Below, one piece after another: positions 1 to 9,417 of a stretch of DNA of 64,000 bases. How positions within the stretch are numbered: position 1 is the first letter of the stretch; every line of letters begins with the position of its first letter. The stretch lies in the NCBI GenBank assembly GCA_944391485.1, contig CALXTQ010000018.1:22619-86618 (forward strand). The letters are read 5' to 3'. This stretch comes from an uncultured Alphaproteobacteria bacterium (lineage in GTDB: Bacteria; Pseudomonadota; Alphaproteobacteria; RF32; CAG-239). The notes under the pieces were generated by a model. It was not told where the DNA came from and made no database searches. It saw only the letters and a program-made list of their open reading frames with translations. The translations under genes were made by a program, and so were the position numbers.

Positions 1-702
1 ATGTCCAATATCCTGGGAACGGTATTTCCCGCAAAGAAAATGGCGGCTCAGGCTCATGCCGCGGGAGCGCTGTTTATGTTGGATGCCTGTCAGATGATTG
101 TTCATCAGAAAGTGGATGTTCAGGATATTGACTGCGATTTCATGGCCTTTTCGGGACACAAGACCTATGGTCCGTCCGGCATCGGGGTGCTTTACGGCAA
201 ATATGACATTCTGGATTCGATGCCGCCTTATCAGTACGGTGGCGATATGGTGGATACCGTTTCTTTTGAGCACACGACGTTTGATGAACCGCCGGCTCGT
301 TTTGAAGCCGGAACGCCTGCCATGGTTCAGGCAGTGGGTTTGGCGCGCGCGCTTGAATATATGCAGGATCTGGGCATGGAAAATATTGAGGCGCATGAAA
401 TGGAGCTGGTCAGGTACGCCAACGAAAAACTGAAGGAAGTCAAAGGCCTGAAGATAGTGGGCAACGCCGAAGACAAAGGTGGTGTTTTTTCTTTCAATAT
501 TGAGGGAATACATCCGCAGGATCTGGCCTTTGTGCTGGATAAGGAAGGCGTTTCGATCCGGACCGGACATCACTGCGCGGAACCGCTTGTGCACCGCATG
601 GGGTTTGAATCCGTTGCCCGCGCGTCTTTTGGTCTTTATTCCACCAGAGAAGACATTGATAATTTTGTAAAAGCGCTGCAAAAAGCCGAAACTTTTTTCT
701 AA
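1..702 (+). CDS. sufS: cysteine desulfurase SufS, C-terminal part (5' end lies outside the window)
   Basis: Open from base 1. PLP-lysine region FSGHKTYGPSGIGVLYG and catalytic-Cys loop RTGHHCAEPL, typical of SufS/CsdA-type desulfurases. A DUF59 gene follows and sufE is nearby. Confidence 0.85.
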   Translation: MSNILGTVFPAKKMAAQAHAAGALFMLDACQMIVHQKVDVQDIDCDFMAFSGHKTYGPSGIGVLYGKYDILDSMPPYQYGGDMVDTVSFEHTTFDEPPARFEAGTPAMVQAVGLARALEYMQDLGMENIEAHEMELVRYANEKLKEVKGLKIVGNAEDKGGVFSFNIEGIHPQDLAFVLDKEGVSIRTGHHCAEPLVHRMGFESVARASFGLYSTREDIDNFVKALQKAETFF

Positions 703-712
703 AGGAACTTAC

Positions 713-1168
713 ATGTCTGAAAACCAAACCAAAGAAGACAAGCTTGACCAACAGATTGAGGCAATCAATGAAACAGAAGCCGCTTTGCTGAAAGCGATGG
801 ATATTCAGGAGCAGATGAAGGACTTTGTCGCCACGGCCGGAAAACCGAAACCCGCCGAAGAAAAGAGAGCTTCCGAGGCCGATGTTATTGAAGCTTTGAA
901 AACCGTCTGCGATCCGGAAATAATGATTAATGTTTACGACATGGGCCTGATCTATAATCTCGAAATCAGGGAAAACGGCGATGTCTTCATCGCCATGACG
1001 CTGACGGCGCCCGGCTGTCCGGTGGCCGGCATTCTGCCACAGCAGGTTGCGGATGCCGTCTCGATGGTGGAAGGAACGGGAAAGGTCGAGGTTCGCATAG
1101 TCTGGGAACCGGCCTGGACCATAGAGCGTCTCAGCGATGACGCCCGCGCCATGATTGAGCTTTTTTAA
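713..1168 (+). CDS. sufT: SUF-associated Fe-S assembly protein, DUF59/MIP18 family (SufT-like)
   Basis: 151 aa. DUF59 core CDPEI..NVYDMGLIYNLEI...TLTAPGCPVAG. Lies 10 nt downstream of sufS. Confidence 0.75.
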   Translation: MSENQTKEDKLDQQIEAINETEAALLKAMDIQEQMKDFVATAGKPKPAEEKRASEADVIEALKTVCDPEIMINVYDMGLIYNLEIRENGDVFIAMTLTAPGCPVAGILPQQVADAVSMVEGTGKVEVRIVWEPAWTIERLSDDARAMIELF

Positions 1169-1270
1169 AAACAATTTAACCCTGTTTTTCAAAACATAAG
1201 GTTGTTCTGTTTTAATTGACGGGAACAATTGTTTTTTATATTGTGAAAATATAAAAAAGAAAGGGCGCTC

Positions 1271-2176
1271 ATGTCGGCGGAAAAGATCATATATCTGGAA
1301 AAGAAAAAATACGGCAATAATTCCTGTTACGGTTACGGAATTTCGGATGAAAATATGGCGGCGGCTGAAGCTGCCGGGACTCTTCCCGTTCTGAAACTCA
1401 GGTCGGAGCATATATTCGCATTAGGCGGAGAAGACGGAAAGCTGGTTCCTGTTGCCATGCTCATGGGACGGGACGGCGATAATTATACGGCGGACGAGCC
1501 TTATGTTAAATCAATGCTGGCAGCTGGAATGGAACCGGTTTTTATACATTACGGCAATGTGGAAAGCCAGCTGCGGGATGTCTGCGGCCTGCTGCTTCCC
1601 GGCGGCTCTTTTGATTCTCCGAAAGAATGGTACAAACATCCCGAATTGCTGAAAAATCATTGTCTGAATAGCCGTTCAGCGGCATATATTGCGGCCTGCC
1701 GTTATGCTTTGTCTGCCGGGCTGCCTGTTTTGGGCATCTGCGCCGGGCACCAGATGATGGCGGGCGTTTTTCAGCCCGGTCTGCAAATGTATGCCCGAAT
1801 TCCGGAAGAGACCGCCGTCTCGGAAACGCATAAGGGCCATAAAGAAGATTATGTTCATAAGGTAGAGATCAGTAAAGACAGCCGCCTGTATCGTATTTTG
1901 GGAAAATCCGAACTGGAGGTTAATTCCAATCATAATGAGGCGATTATTGACAGAGGAACTGCGTATGACAAAATACGTATTTCCGCCGTGTCGCCGGAAG
2001 GAATTGTCGAAGCCTGGGAAGCCAGAGATGAGAAAATATTTGTTCTGGGCGTGCAATGGCATCCGGAATATCTGGCGTCCGAATATCGCGACAAAAATGC
2101 CGCCCGGCTTTTTGAGGTTCTGGCGGCGGAAGCTTACGGCTTTTGCCAGCGGAAGAAAAATCCGGTTTTATTTTGA
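1271..2176 (+). CDS. class I glutamine amidotransferase-like hydrolase (peptidase C26, gamma-glutamyl-GABA hydrolase family)
   Basis: Nucleophile elbow LGICAGHQMM and GVQWHPE histidine motif. 301 aa. Confidence 0.7.
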   Translation: MSAEKIIYLEKKKYGNNSCYGYGISDENMAAAEAAGTLPVLKLRSEHIFALGGEDGKLVPVAMLMGRDGDNYTADEPYVKSMLAAGMEPVFIHYGNVESQLRDVCGLLLPGGSFDSPKEWYKHPELLKNHCLNSRSAAYIAACRYALSAGLPVLGICAGHQMMAGVFQPGLQMYARIPEETAVSETHKGHKEDYVHKVEISKDSRLYRILGKSELEVNSNHNEAIIDRGTAYDKIRISAVSPEGIVEAWEARDEKIFVLGVQWHPEYLASEYRDKNAARLFEVLAAEAYGFCQRKKNPVLF

Positions 2177-2197
2177 TGACGCGGCCGTCATCTCAAG

Positions 2198-3304
2198 TCA
2201 GACATTTCCGGCTGCTGCCTCGTCAATAAATTTTTTCTGAATTTCCAGCAGCTGCAAAATTGATGAGATTACGACATACTCATGGTCTCCATGCAGGTCG
2301 CCGCCGTCAACGGAATGCATGATGATTGTCGACTTTTGTCCGAAAGGGCGGGAATCCGTGGCGCCGCAGCTGTGTCCGACGGAGAGCTCTCTGCCCAGAA
2401 CCTGCGCCGCGACCTGACGGTATTTTCTGATAATCGGATGATTGGCATCCATATAGACGCCGGAACTGGAAAGCAGAATTTCGTAAGAGCAGTCGTGCTT
2501 TTCGGCGCACTCCGCCAGAATTTCTTCCAGCTTCTGCAGCGATGTTTTTTCCGTCAGGCGGAAGTTAATCCGCGCTTCGGCCTCTGCCGGCACGACATTG
2601 TATGTTGTCGGCGAATTGAAGGCCGTAACGGTCATCGTGTCAACCCAGGTATCACCGGGAATTTGCGCGTTTTTCGCATAATAGGGAAAATGTTTCTGCA
2701 AATCGTTAATGCAGCCGATAAGGCCGATAACCGCGTTTTTGCCAAACCAGGGCATGGAGCTGTGAGCGGCTTCGCCTCGGGCTTTCAGCCGGACGCTGAC
2801 CGGATGTTTGTATTTTTCGGTCAGGCAGAAAAGAGATCCGGAATCATTGTCCAGAACGATTCGCGCGTCGGGAAGGTCTTGTCTGGCCAGCTGTCGGATG
2901 CCGTTGCTGGTAGTTTCCTCGTCAGTCGTAATGAGAACGCCGAATTTCAGATCGGGATACCGGGCAGCATAGAGCAGGGCTTCCAGATTGACGGCAATCT
3001 GTGATTTCATGTCGCAGGCGCCGCGGGCATGGATCTTTCCGTCGCTGATAACTGGCGTAAACATGTGTTCCGCCGCTGGCACGACATCCAGATGGCCTAT
3101 TGTCAGAATATCAAAAGACATCTCTGGCGTATTGGCCAGAAGCAGCACCGGATAGGCTCCCTCAAAATGATATTCCGTTACAAAAAAGCCTTTGCCCTCA
3201 AATTCGTTTTTAACGATGCCGATAACTTTTCTGATTGCCTCCCGGTTCCCCGAAACGCTGGGAATTTTAATCAGCTCAAGCGCTCTGGCGACAACTTTTT
3301 CCAT
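2198..3304 (-). CDS. M20 family metallopeptidase (ArgE/DapE-like deacylase)
   Basis: GHLDVVP metal-ligand motif, ARGACDMK, ETTS region. 368 aa. Sits 3 nt downstream of the GNAT gene on the same strand. Confidence 0.75.
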   Translation of the reverse strand: MEKVVARALELIKIPSVSGNREAIRKVIGIVKNEFEGKGFFVTEYHFEGAYPVLLLANTPEMSFDILTIGHLDVVPAAEHMFTPVISDGKIHARGACDMKSQIAVNLEALLYAARYPDLKFGVLITTDEETTSNGIRQLARQDLPDARIVLDNDSGSLFCLTEKYKHPVSVRLKARGEAAHSSMPWFGKNAVIGLIGCINDLQKHFPYYAKNAQIPGDTWVDTMTVTAFNSPTTYNVVPAEAEARINFRLTEKTSLQKLEEILAECAEKHDCSYEILLSSSGVYMDANHPIIRKYRQVAAQVLGRELSVGHSCGATDSRPFGQKSTIIMHSVDGGDLHGDHEYVVISSILQLLEIQKKFIDEAAAGNV

Positions 3305-3307
3305 AAA

Positions 3308-4072
3308 TTATTTCCTGGCGGTTTTGTTTTGCAGCAGGCCGATGAGAATTCGGCCGAGCCCCTGCGCTTTTACACGGCGGATTTCATCCATTTTCGCATT
3401 GGCTTTTGCCATGGCCTCCTCAACCGGAACATGAACCATTTTGACCTTGCTGATATAAAATCTGGTGCGGTTGTCCTTGCGCAGGATATGGTCAAGATCT
3501 TCCGTATCCGCCAGAGCTTTGAACCCGAAAAAGCGATAAAATTTTTCGGCGTTGCTGTTTTGGGCGTTATATTCCAGAATCAGGTTTCTGACGCCTTTTT
3601 CCTTCATCTTCGGGAGGGTCTGCGCCAGAATATAAGTGCCTAAGCCCAGACGCTGGACGGACGGGTCAAGATAAATCTGGTTCAGAATCATGGTTGAATC
3701 GTCCAGTTTGACATTGTCGACGAACTTGACTTTTCTATACCAGGCGTATTCATATCCGTCCATCATGCCGTGTTCGAGGTCGCGGGTTTCGCCGCCCGGA
3801 TTCTGCTTGTAATATTCGGGGATCCTGCTATACCGCACAAAACCGACCGGCCGGTCGTCAAGAAATACCACAAAAGTTCTCGACACGCTGCTTTTTTCGT
3901 TTTCGGCGGCAAAACGTTTGACTTTTTGTCTGAAATAGTCCTGCGTATAAAGGGCCATTTCTTCCGGCGCTTTATAACCGGCGGACAAGGTATTATATGA
4001 ATTGCGGTAGGCCGTTGTCAGCTGTTCAATAATCTGCGGGTCGTTTTTCAGGTTGCTGATGGATACTTTCAT
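3308..4072 (-). CDS. GNAT family N-acetyltransferase
   Basis: Acetyl-CoA site-like QRLGLGTYIL...FYRFFGF. I prefer the ATG at 4072 (MKVSISN, preceded by GAGAGAAG) over the track start at 4114. Confidence 0.6.
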   Translation of the reverse strand: MKVSISNLKNDPQIIEQLTTAYRNSYNTLSAGYKAPEEMALYTQDYFRQKVKRFAAENEKSSVSRTFVVFLDDRPVGFVRYSRIPEYYKQNPGGETRDLEHGMMDGYEYAWYRKVKFVDNVKLDDSTMILNQIYLDPSVQRLGLGTYILAQTLPKMKEKGVRNLILEYNAQNSNAEKFYRFFGFKALADTEDLDHILRKDNRTRFYISKVKMVHVPVEEAMAKANAKMDEIRRVKAQGLGRILIGLLQNKTARK

Positions 4073-4231
4073 AACTTCTCTCTCATGTTTCTTAAATGAA
4101 AATAAAAATAGCATTTAACGAAAATTTGTCAAATAAATAAGTATGTTTTAACGAGGGACAGCCGCAAAAAACGCTAGACGTTTGCGGATTAAAGTGTTAA
4201 AAATTATGCAAAATCGGAAGGTGTTTGCAGC

Positions 4232-4636
4232 ATGGATATTAATGAATTAATCGAAAACTTTGAAATGCTTGAAGACTGGGAAGACCGCTATCGTTACATT
4301 ATTGATCTTGGCTCTTCTCTGGAACCGCTTGCGGATAAATACAAGACCGACGAGTGGAAAGTCAGGGGCTGTCAGTCGCAGGTGTGGCTGGTGCCGGAAA
4401 TCAGCAATGGCTTCCTCCGTTTCAGAGGCGACAGCGACGCGATGATTGTCAAAGGGTTGATAGCGATAGTTTTTGCAATATTTGCGGGTAAAACGGCGGC
4501 GGAAATAAAGACTTTCCCGGTTGAAAGTGTTTTTGCCAGACTGGGATTGGAAGAGCATTTAAGCCCCAGCCGGCGCAATGGGCTGTTTTCTATGGTCGAA
4601 AAAATCAGGTTTTATGCCGACAGTGTGCAGGAATAA
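4232..4636 (+). CDS. sufE: cysteine desulfuration protein SufE
   Basis: 134 aa. SufE hallmark VRGCQSQVWL with acceptor Cys, and conserved GLEEHLSPSRRNGL. Confidence 0.85.
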   Translation: MDINELIENFEMLEDWEDRYRYIIDLGSSLEPLADKYKTDEWKVRGCQSQVWLVPEISNGFLRFRGDSDAMIVKGLIAIVFAIFAGKTAAEIKTFPVESVFARLGLEEHLSPSRRNGLFSMVEKIRFYADSVQE

Positions 4637-4639
4637 TAA

Positions 4640-5845
4640 ATGAATATTCATGAGTATCAGGCAAAAAAAATTCTCAGCCAGTACGGAATAAATATTCCCA
4701 AGGGGCGAATAGCCTATACCCCGCTTGAGGCCAAACGCGCCGCTTCGGAAGTTTCTTTCCGCGGGCCGTGGATGCTCAAGGCGCAGATTCAGTCCGGCGC
4801 CCGCAAAAAAGGATATTTTCTGGATAAGAAAGCCGGGCGCAAAGGCGGCATCCGCCTTGTCAAGAGCCGCCGCGACATTGTCAGAGAAGCTGAAAAAATG
4901 CTCGGCTCAACACTGGTCACGGTTCAAACGGGGCCGAAAGGGAAACTGGTCAGCCGCGTTTATGTCGAAGCTTACAACAAAGTCGACAAGATTTTCTATG
5001 CCAGTTTGGTGATAGACCGTATGGCTCCGGCTATAACGCTGCTGGTGGCCGATACAAAAGACGAAGACATCGCCGGAATAGCCGTCAACAAACCGGAAAA
5101 AATTCTCCGGGTGCCGTTGGATCTGATAACCGGAGCCTCTCCGGAGCAGATTCAGAATATTATGGAATTTCTCAAACTGGGATCGAAAGTTGCCAAAAAT
5201 CTGGAGACATTTATCAACGGCATGCATCAGGCTTTTGTTGATTATGATGCGACGATGATCGAGGTCAACCCTGTCGGCGTAACGCGCCATGGTTCTATTC
5301 TGGCGCTGGACGCCAAAATGTCTTTTGACAACAATGCGCTTTACCGGCATAAGGATGTCAGCGTCCTGCAGGATGATTATGAGGAAGAGGACCGCGAGCT
5401 GAAAGCGTCCAAATACGGTTTTCAGTATTCGGAATTCGACGGCAGCATCGGCTGCATTGTCAACGGGGACGGCATAGCGCTTGCCGCGATGGATCTGATT
5501 CGCGCTAAAGGCGACTTCGGTACGGCCTGTTTCCTTAATGTCAAGGGCGGCGTCGACAAGGATAAGATCGCCGCGGGTATCAAGATTATTATGACCAATC
5601 CGAAAGTGGAAGGTATTCTGATCAATATTCTCGGCGGTTTCCTGCGCTGCAACCTGATTGCCGACGGCATTGTCGCCGCCGCTTCGCAAGTCGGGCTGAA
5701 TGTGCCTCTGGTTGTCCGTTTTGAAGGAACCAACAAAGACGAGGCAAAAGATATTCTGGAACATTCCAAACTTCCGATTATCATTGCCGACGATATGGAA
5801 GATTCTGTTAACAAACTGATTGCCGCAATGGAGGACAGCGACTAA
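4640..5845 (+). CDS. sucC: succinate--CoA ligase (ADP-forming) beta subunit
   Basis: MNIHEYQAKKIL N-terminus, ATP-grasp domain, GIGCIVNGDGIALAAMD ligase-CoA motif. 401 aa. Confidence 0.92.
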   Translation: MNIHEYQAKKILSQYGINIPKGRIAYTPLEAKRAASEVSFRGPWMLKAQIQSGARKKGYFLDKKAGRKGGIRLVKSRRDIVREAEKMLGSTLVTVQTGPKGKLVSRVYVEAYNKVDKIFYASLVIDRMAPAITLLVADTKDEDIAGIAVNKPEKILRVPLDLITGASPEQIQNIMEFLKLGSKVAKNLETFINGMHQAFVDYDATMIEVNPVGVTRHGSILALDAKMSFDNNALYRHKDVSVLQDDYEEEDRELKASKYGFQYSEFDGSIGCIVNGDGIALAAMDLIRAKGDFGTACFLNVKGGVDKDKIAAGIKIIMTNPKVEGILINILGGFLRCNLIADGIVAAASQVGLNVPLVVRFEGTNKDEAKDILEHSKLPIIIADDMEDSVNKLIAAMEDSD

Positions 5846-6726
5846 TGTCTATCTTGGTAAATAAAGATTCCAAAGTTCTTATCCAGGGTATCACCGGAAC
5901 TCAGGCGTCTTTCCATGTCCGGCGCTCGGTAGATTACGGTACCAGGGTCGTGGCCGGTGTTACGCCGGGAAAAGGTGGCACAATGCATCTCAACGTGCCC
6001 GTGTTTGACAAAGTGGCGGAAGCTGTCCGCGAAACGGGCGCCAATGCGTCGGTTATGTATGTCCCCGCAAAATTTGTAAAAGACGCGGTGCGGGAGGCCG
6101 CCGAGGCCGAACTTGATTTGGCGGTCTGCATTGCGGATGGTGTCCCGATCAAAGACATGATGGAAATTAAGGAAATGCTTCGCGGCGCCAAAACAAAGCT
6201 GATCGGGCCGAATACGCCGGGAATAATTACGCCGGGTGAGGCCCGGCTGGGTATTTTCCCGGAAAATATTCACCGCCCCGGCCGCATCGGCATTGTTTCT
6301 CGCTCGTCGACGCTGACTTATGAAGCGGTTATTGAAACAAACCGCGCCGGATTGGGGCAGTCGACGGTCATCGGTCTGGGCGATGATATGCTGATCGGCA
6401 TGGATTTTATTGAGATTCTGGATTTGTTTATGAAAGATCCCGGAACGGATGCCGTTGTCATGATCGGCCAGCTCGGCGGCACGTTTGAAGAAGCCGGCGC
6501 CCGCTATTATAAAAGCCTCCCTGACAAAAAGCCGATAATCGGTTTTGTGGCCGGCAACGCCGTTCCTTTCGGTCATAAAATGGGTTATGCCGGAGATGTC
6601 ATTACCAAAGGCCATGTTACGGCGCAGGACAAAAAAGACGTCATGACGGATTCCGGTATGGTTGTTGTCGATAAAATCAACGATATTCATCTTGAACTGA
6701 ACAAAATTTTTCCGCGGAATGACTAA
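5845..6726 (+). CDS. sucD: succinate--CoA ligase alpha subunit
   Basis: MSILVNKDSKVLIQGITG, SRSSTLTYE, and the phosphohistidine region GHKMGYAGD in place of the canonical GHAGA (an unusual variant). Start overlaps the sucC stop. Confidence 0.9.
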   Translation: MSILVNKDSKVLIQGITGTQASFHVRRSVDYGTRVVAGVTPGKGGTMHLNVPVFDKVAEAVRETGANASVMYVPAKFVKDAVREAAEAELDLAVCIADGVPIKDMMEIKEMLRGAKTKLIGPNTPGIITPGEARLGIFPENIHRPGRIGIVSRSSTLTYEAVIETNRAGLGQSTVIGLGDDMLIGMDFIEILDLFMKDPGTDAVVMIGQLGGTFEEAGARYYKSLPDKKPIIGFVAGNAVPFGHKMGYAGDVITKGHVTAQDKKDVMTDSGMVVVDKINDIHLELNKIFPRND

Positions 6727-7438
6727 TTTTCTCGCCTGTCTGATAGATCTTCTCTTGCCGCCTCGCTGCATTTCCTGCGGAAAGATCCTGACGGGAGACA
6801 CCGGATTGTGTCCGGAATGTTTCAATGAAATGAATTTTATTTCCCAGCCGTATTGTCGGAAATGCGGGCACCCTCTGGAAGAAGTTCCTTCGGGAGAAAA
6901 GAGTCTGTGTCCTTCCTGTCTCCGAAAAGTGAGAACGCCTTTCCGGCTGAGCAGATCTGCGCTTCGTTATGACGAGGCTTCCAAAAAGATGATTCTTGCC
7001 TTCAAATTTATGGACAGAACGGAAAATTCCGTTGTGTTTGCCCGGTGGCTCAAAGCGGCCGGAGCTGATATTTTTAAGGAAGGCGTTGATTTGATCGTGC
7101 CAATTCCCCTGCATTTTACCCGCCTGCTGAAAAGACGGTACAATCAGTCGGCGCTGCTGGCCGGAGAACTTGGAAAACTAACGGGCGTCAGGGTTGATTA
7201 CAATTCGGTTATCCGGCATAAGCGCACGCGGCCGCAGGTAGAGTTTTCCGGTCATGCGAGAATAAGAAACGTTAAGGATGCGTTCCGGGTCCGCCGTCCT
7301 GAAAGAATAAAAGGCCGGAGAATTGTTCTTATTGACGATGTCATGACAACGGGGTCTACGTTAAAAGAATGTGCGCTGGCCCTGAAGAAAGCGGGAGCCC
7401 GGTCGGTCGATACGCTGACTTTGGCGCGTGTCTGCTGA
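6719..7438 (+). CDS. comF: ComF family phosphoribosyltransferase-domain protein
   Basis: N-terminal Cys pairs (CISCG...CPEC...CRKCG...CPSC) and PRTase motif IVLIDDVMTTGST. Overlaps the sucD end by 8 nt. Confidence 0.8.
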   Translation: MTNFLACLIDLLLPPRCISCGKILTGDTGLCPECFNEMNFISQPYCRKCGHPLEEVPSGEKSLCPSCLRKVRTPFRLSRSALRYDEASKKMILAFKFMDRTENSVVFARWLKAAGADIFKEGVDLIVPIPLHFTRLLKRRYNQSALLAGELGKLTGVRVDYNSVIRHKRTRPQVEFSGHARIRNVKDAFRVRRPERIKGRRIVLIDDVMTTGSTLKECALALKKAGARSVDTLTLARVC

Positions 7439-7446
7439 TTTTTGCT

Positions 7447-7476
7447 AAAAAAAAGCCCGGAAGTCCCGGGCTTTTA
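7447..7476. terminator. bidirectional rho-independent terminator between comF and murA
   Basis: A-run, stem GCCCGG/CCGGGC (7455-7471), T-run. Lies between convergent genes. Confidence 0.7.
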
Positions 7477-7485
7477 ACAGCTTTT

Positions 7486-8784
7486 TTAATCTTCGCCGGT
7501 TTCTTTTATTCTTTCAATATCGGCGCCGACGCCTCTCAGTTTCTGTTCGATTTTTTCATAGCCGCGGTCCAGATGGTAAACACGGTTGACCACAGTCTCG
7601 CCTTCGGCAGCCAGTCCGGCCAGCACAAGGGCGAAAGACGCTCTCAGATCTGTTGCCATGACCTGGGCGCCCGATAGTTTTTTCGTGCCGCGGACAATTG
7701 CCGAAGCATGGCCGTGAACATTGATATTGGCGCCCATGCGCATCAGCTCCGGCACATGCATAAAGCGGTTTTCAAAAATCGTTTCGGTAACCATGCCAGC
7801 GCCTTCCGCAACGGTCAGCAGCGCCATATACTGAGCCTGCAGATCCGTGGGAAAACCCGGAAACGGTTCGGTAATGATATCCTCGCCGACGAGTTTTTTA
7901 TGCGTAGCGTCTACCAGAATACCGCGCTCGGTGGGTGAAACGTCCACTCCCATTTTCCGAAGGATCTGCATGGGAGTTTTCAGTGTGGAGGGCTGCGCGT
8001 TGATAAGCTCGATTTTACCGCCGGTAATCGCGGCCGCAACGGCATAGGAACCGGCTTCAATCCTGTCGGGAATAACCTTATGGACGGCTCCGTGCAGCTT
8101 GTCGACGCCTTCAATCGTCAGAATAGACGTGCCGAGACCTTTGATTTTGGCGCCCATTTTGTTGAGCAGGCAGATCAGGTCTCCGATTTCCGGTTCTTTT
8201 GCCGCATTTTCCAGAACGGTAATGCCGTCAGCCAAAACGGCGGCCATCAGGATATTGCAGGTCGCTCCGACGGAAACGTTGCGAAAAACGATATGCGCTC
8301 CCTTAAGGCGTCCGTCAACTTCCGCGTCGACATAGCCGTTTTTGATTTCGATTTTGGCACCCATTTCTTCCAGAGAAGAAAGATGAATGTCCATGGGTCT
8401 GGCGCCGATGGCGCAGCCGCCGGGCAGGGAAAGTTCGACTTTTCCGGCTCTTGCCAGCAACGGACCGAGAACATAATAAGACGCTCTCATTTTGCGGACA
8501 TAGTCATAAGGGGCGGTCAGACTTTCCAGCTTTGGGGTTCGGTAAGAATAGGTTTTGCTTTCATGACCGTCGATGAAGTCGTCAAAACTGTCGATTTTCG
8601 TGCCCAGTTGTTCCATAAGGGCATTCATTGATTTAACGTCTGACAAAATCGGCATATTGGTAAGGGTAACGGTTTCGTCTGTGAGCAGGCTGGCGCAGAT
8701 GAGAGGCAGAGCCGCGTTCTTGGCGCCGCTGATGTAAATTTCCCCGTTCAGGCGTTTGCCGCCTTTAATCTTAATTTTATCCAT
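7486..8784 (-). CDS. murA: UDP-N-acetylglucosamine 1-carboxyvinyltransferase
   Basis: MDKIKIKGGKRLNGEIYISGAKNAALP N-terminus, active-site loop PGGCAIGARP. I use the ATG at 8784; the track ORF carries a 32-aa basic extension from an overlapping frame context. Confidence 0.92.
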   Translation of the reverse strand: MDKIKIKGGKRLNGEIYISGAKNAALPLICASLLTDETVTLTNMPILSDVKSMNALMEQLGTKIDSFDDFIDGHESKTYSYRTPKLESLTAPYDYVRKMRASYYVLGPLLARAGKVELSLPGGCAIGARPMDIHLSSLEEMGAKIEIKNGYVDAEVDGRLKGAHIVFRNVSVGATCNILMAAVLADGITVLENAAKEPEIGDLICLLNKMGAKIKGLGTSILTIEGVDKLHGAVHKVIPDRIEAGSYAVAAAITGGKIELINAQPSTLKTPMQILRKMGVDVSPTERGILVDATHKKLVGEDIITEPFPGFPTDLQAQYMALLTVAEGAGMVTETIFENRFMHVPELMRMGANINVHGHASAIVRGTKKLSGAQVMATDLRASFALVLAGLAAEGETVVNRVYHLDRGYEKIEQKLRGVGADIERIKETGED

Positions 8785-8914
8785 GTTGCTTTTCGTCCTG
8801 TTGTTTAAGTCTTTCGCGTTCCGCCGTTTGTTTTTTGCGTTTTTCCAGATTTTTCTGCAAGGCCTTTGCCTCTTTTTCAAAGCGGATTTCGGAAGCTTTT
8901 TTGTTTTTTTCCAT
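8777..8914 (-). CDS. possible 45-aa Lys/Glu-rich small protein upstream of murA
   Basis: ATG at 8914, TAA at 8779-8777. Its stop overlaps the murA start (ATGGATAA). Translation MEKNKKASEIRFEKEAKALQKNLEKRKKQTAERERLKQQDEKQHG. Below the ORF-track length cut-off and has no recognisable family. Confidence 0.25.
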   Translation of the reverse strand: MEKNKKASEIRFEKEAKALQKNLEKRKKQTAERERLKQQDEKQHG

Positions 8915-9120
8915 GATAAAACTCCTAATCAATGCCAAAACATATTAAACCCTTTAATTTTAAAAAGCCAGAATGGCGGCAGAGTTCTTCACAAAGGGAA
9001 ATCCTGCGGAAGAATATTTGCAATAAACATAAAAAAACTCTTGATTTTTCTTTTGAGACTATGTATGTTCACACCAGTCAGCACGACCGTGTCGCCGCTG
9101 GAAAATAAGTTGATTATTTT

Positions 9121-9195
9121 GCCGCCATAGCTCAGTGGTAGAGCACGTCATTGGTAATGACGGGGTCGTAAGTCCGATTCTTACTGGCGGCACCA
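9121..9195 (+). tRNA. tRNA-Thr (anticodon GGU), CCA encoded
   Basis: Cloverleaf read by hand: acceptor GCCGCCA/TGGCGGC, D-arm GCTC-AGTGGTA-GAGC, anticodon arm CGTCA-TTGGTAA-TGACG, variable GGGTC, T-arm GTAAG-TCCGATT-CTTAC, discriminator A, CCA. Confidence 0.88.
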
Positions 9196-9241
9196 TTTTT
9201 AAGATTTCCGCATTTATTGCGGATTTTTTCTTTTTAAACAA
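9177..9241 (+). repeat. attL-like copy: tRNA-Thr 3' end plus terminator
   Basis: Direct repeat partner of 12544-12608. Confidence 0.7.
9204..9230 (+). terminator. rho-independent terminator of tRNA-Thr
   Basis: Stem TCCGCA/TGCGGA (9207-9223) followed by T6. Confidence 0.7.
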
Positions 9242-9248
9242 TAGCTTA

Positions 9249-9364
9249 TTTAGTCCGATTTTATAGATTTTGAAAACAGCAATTTTAAACAAATTATCGG
9301 ACTTTTTGAGCGAAAGCTAAGAAAATCAAGCTTTTTACTAAATAAAATCCCAGTCCGATGACAA
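9249..9364 (+). repeat. junction module type A/B, copy 1 (AGTCCGAT ... ATCGGACT inverted pair plus a third AGTCCGAT)
   Basis: About 115 nt that align by eye, with scattered substitutions, to 10655-10770, and over its first ~60 nt to 12611-12675. Confidence 0.6.
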
Positions 9365-9417
9365 TTAAATCTAAATTAAATAATTACATATTATCCTAAT
9401 ATAGCATTTCATCTAAA

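Noticed and set aside
5842-6825. 327-aa minus-strand ORF (and similar long antisense ORFs at 494-1411, 23763-24671, 40909-41796, 41988-42926, 44574-45518, 48320-49222, 35309-36040, 62037-62765, 62885-63544)
   Set aside because: Each lies antisense to a gene with clear family motifs (sucD, sufT region, serS, hisS, prfA, dnaE, DUF2207, DEAD-like, zeta-like, terminal ORF). Their translations are Arg/Gly/Phe-rich with no recognisable motifs, typical of shadow ORFs in moderately GC-rich coding DNA.
7486-8880. 464-aa version of murA with a basic N-terminal extension
   Set aside because: The MurA homology begins at MDKIKIKGG (ATG at 8784). The upstream part belongs to a different small ORF context.
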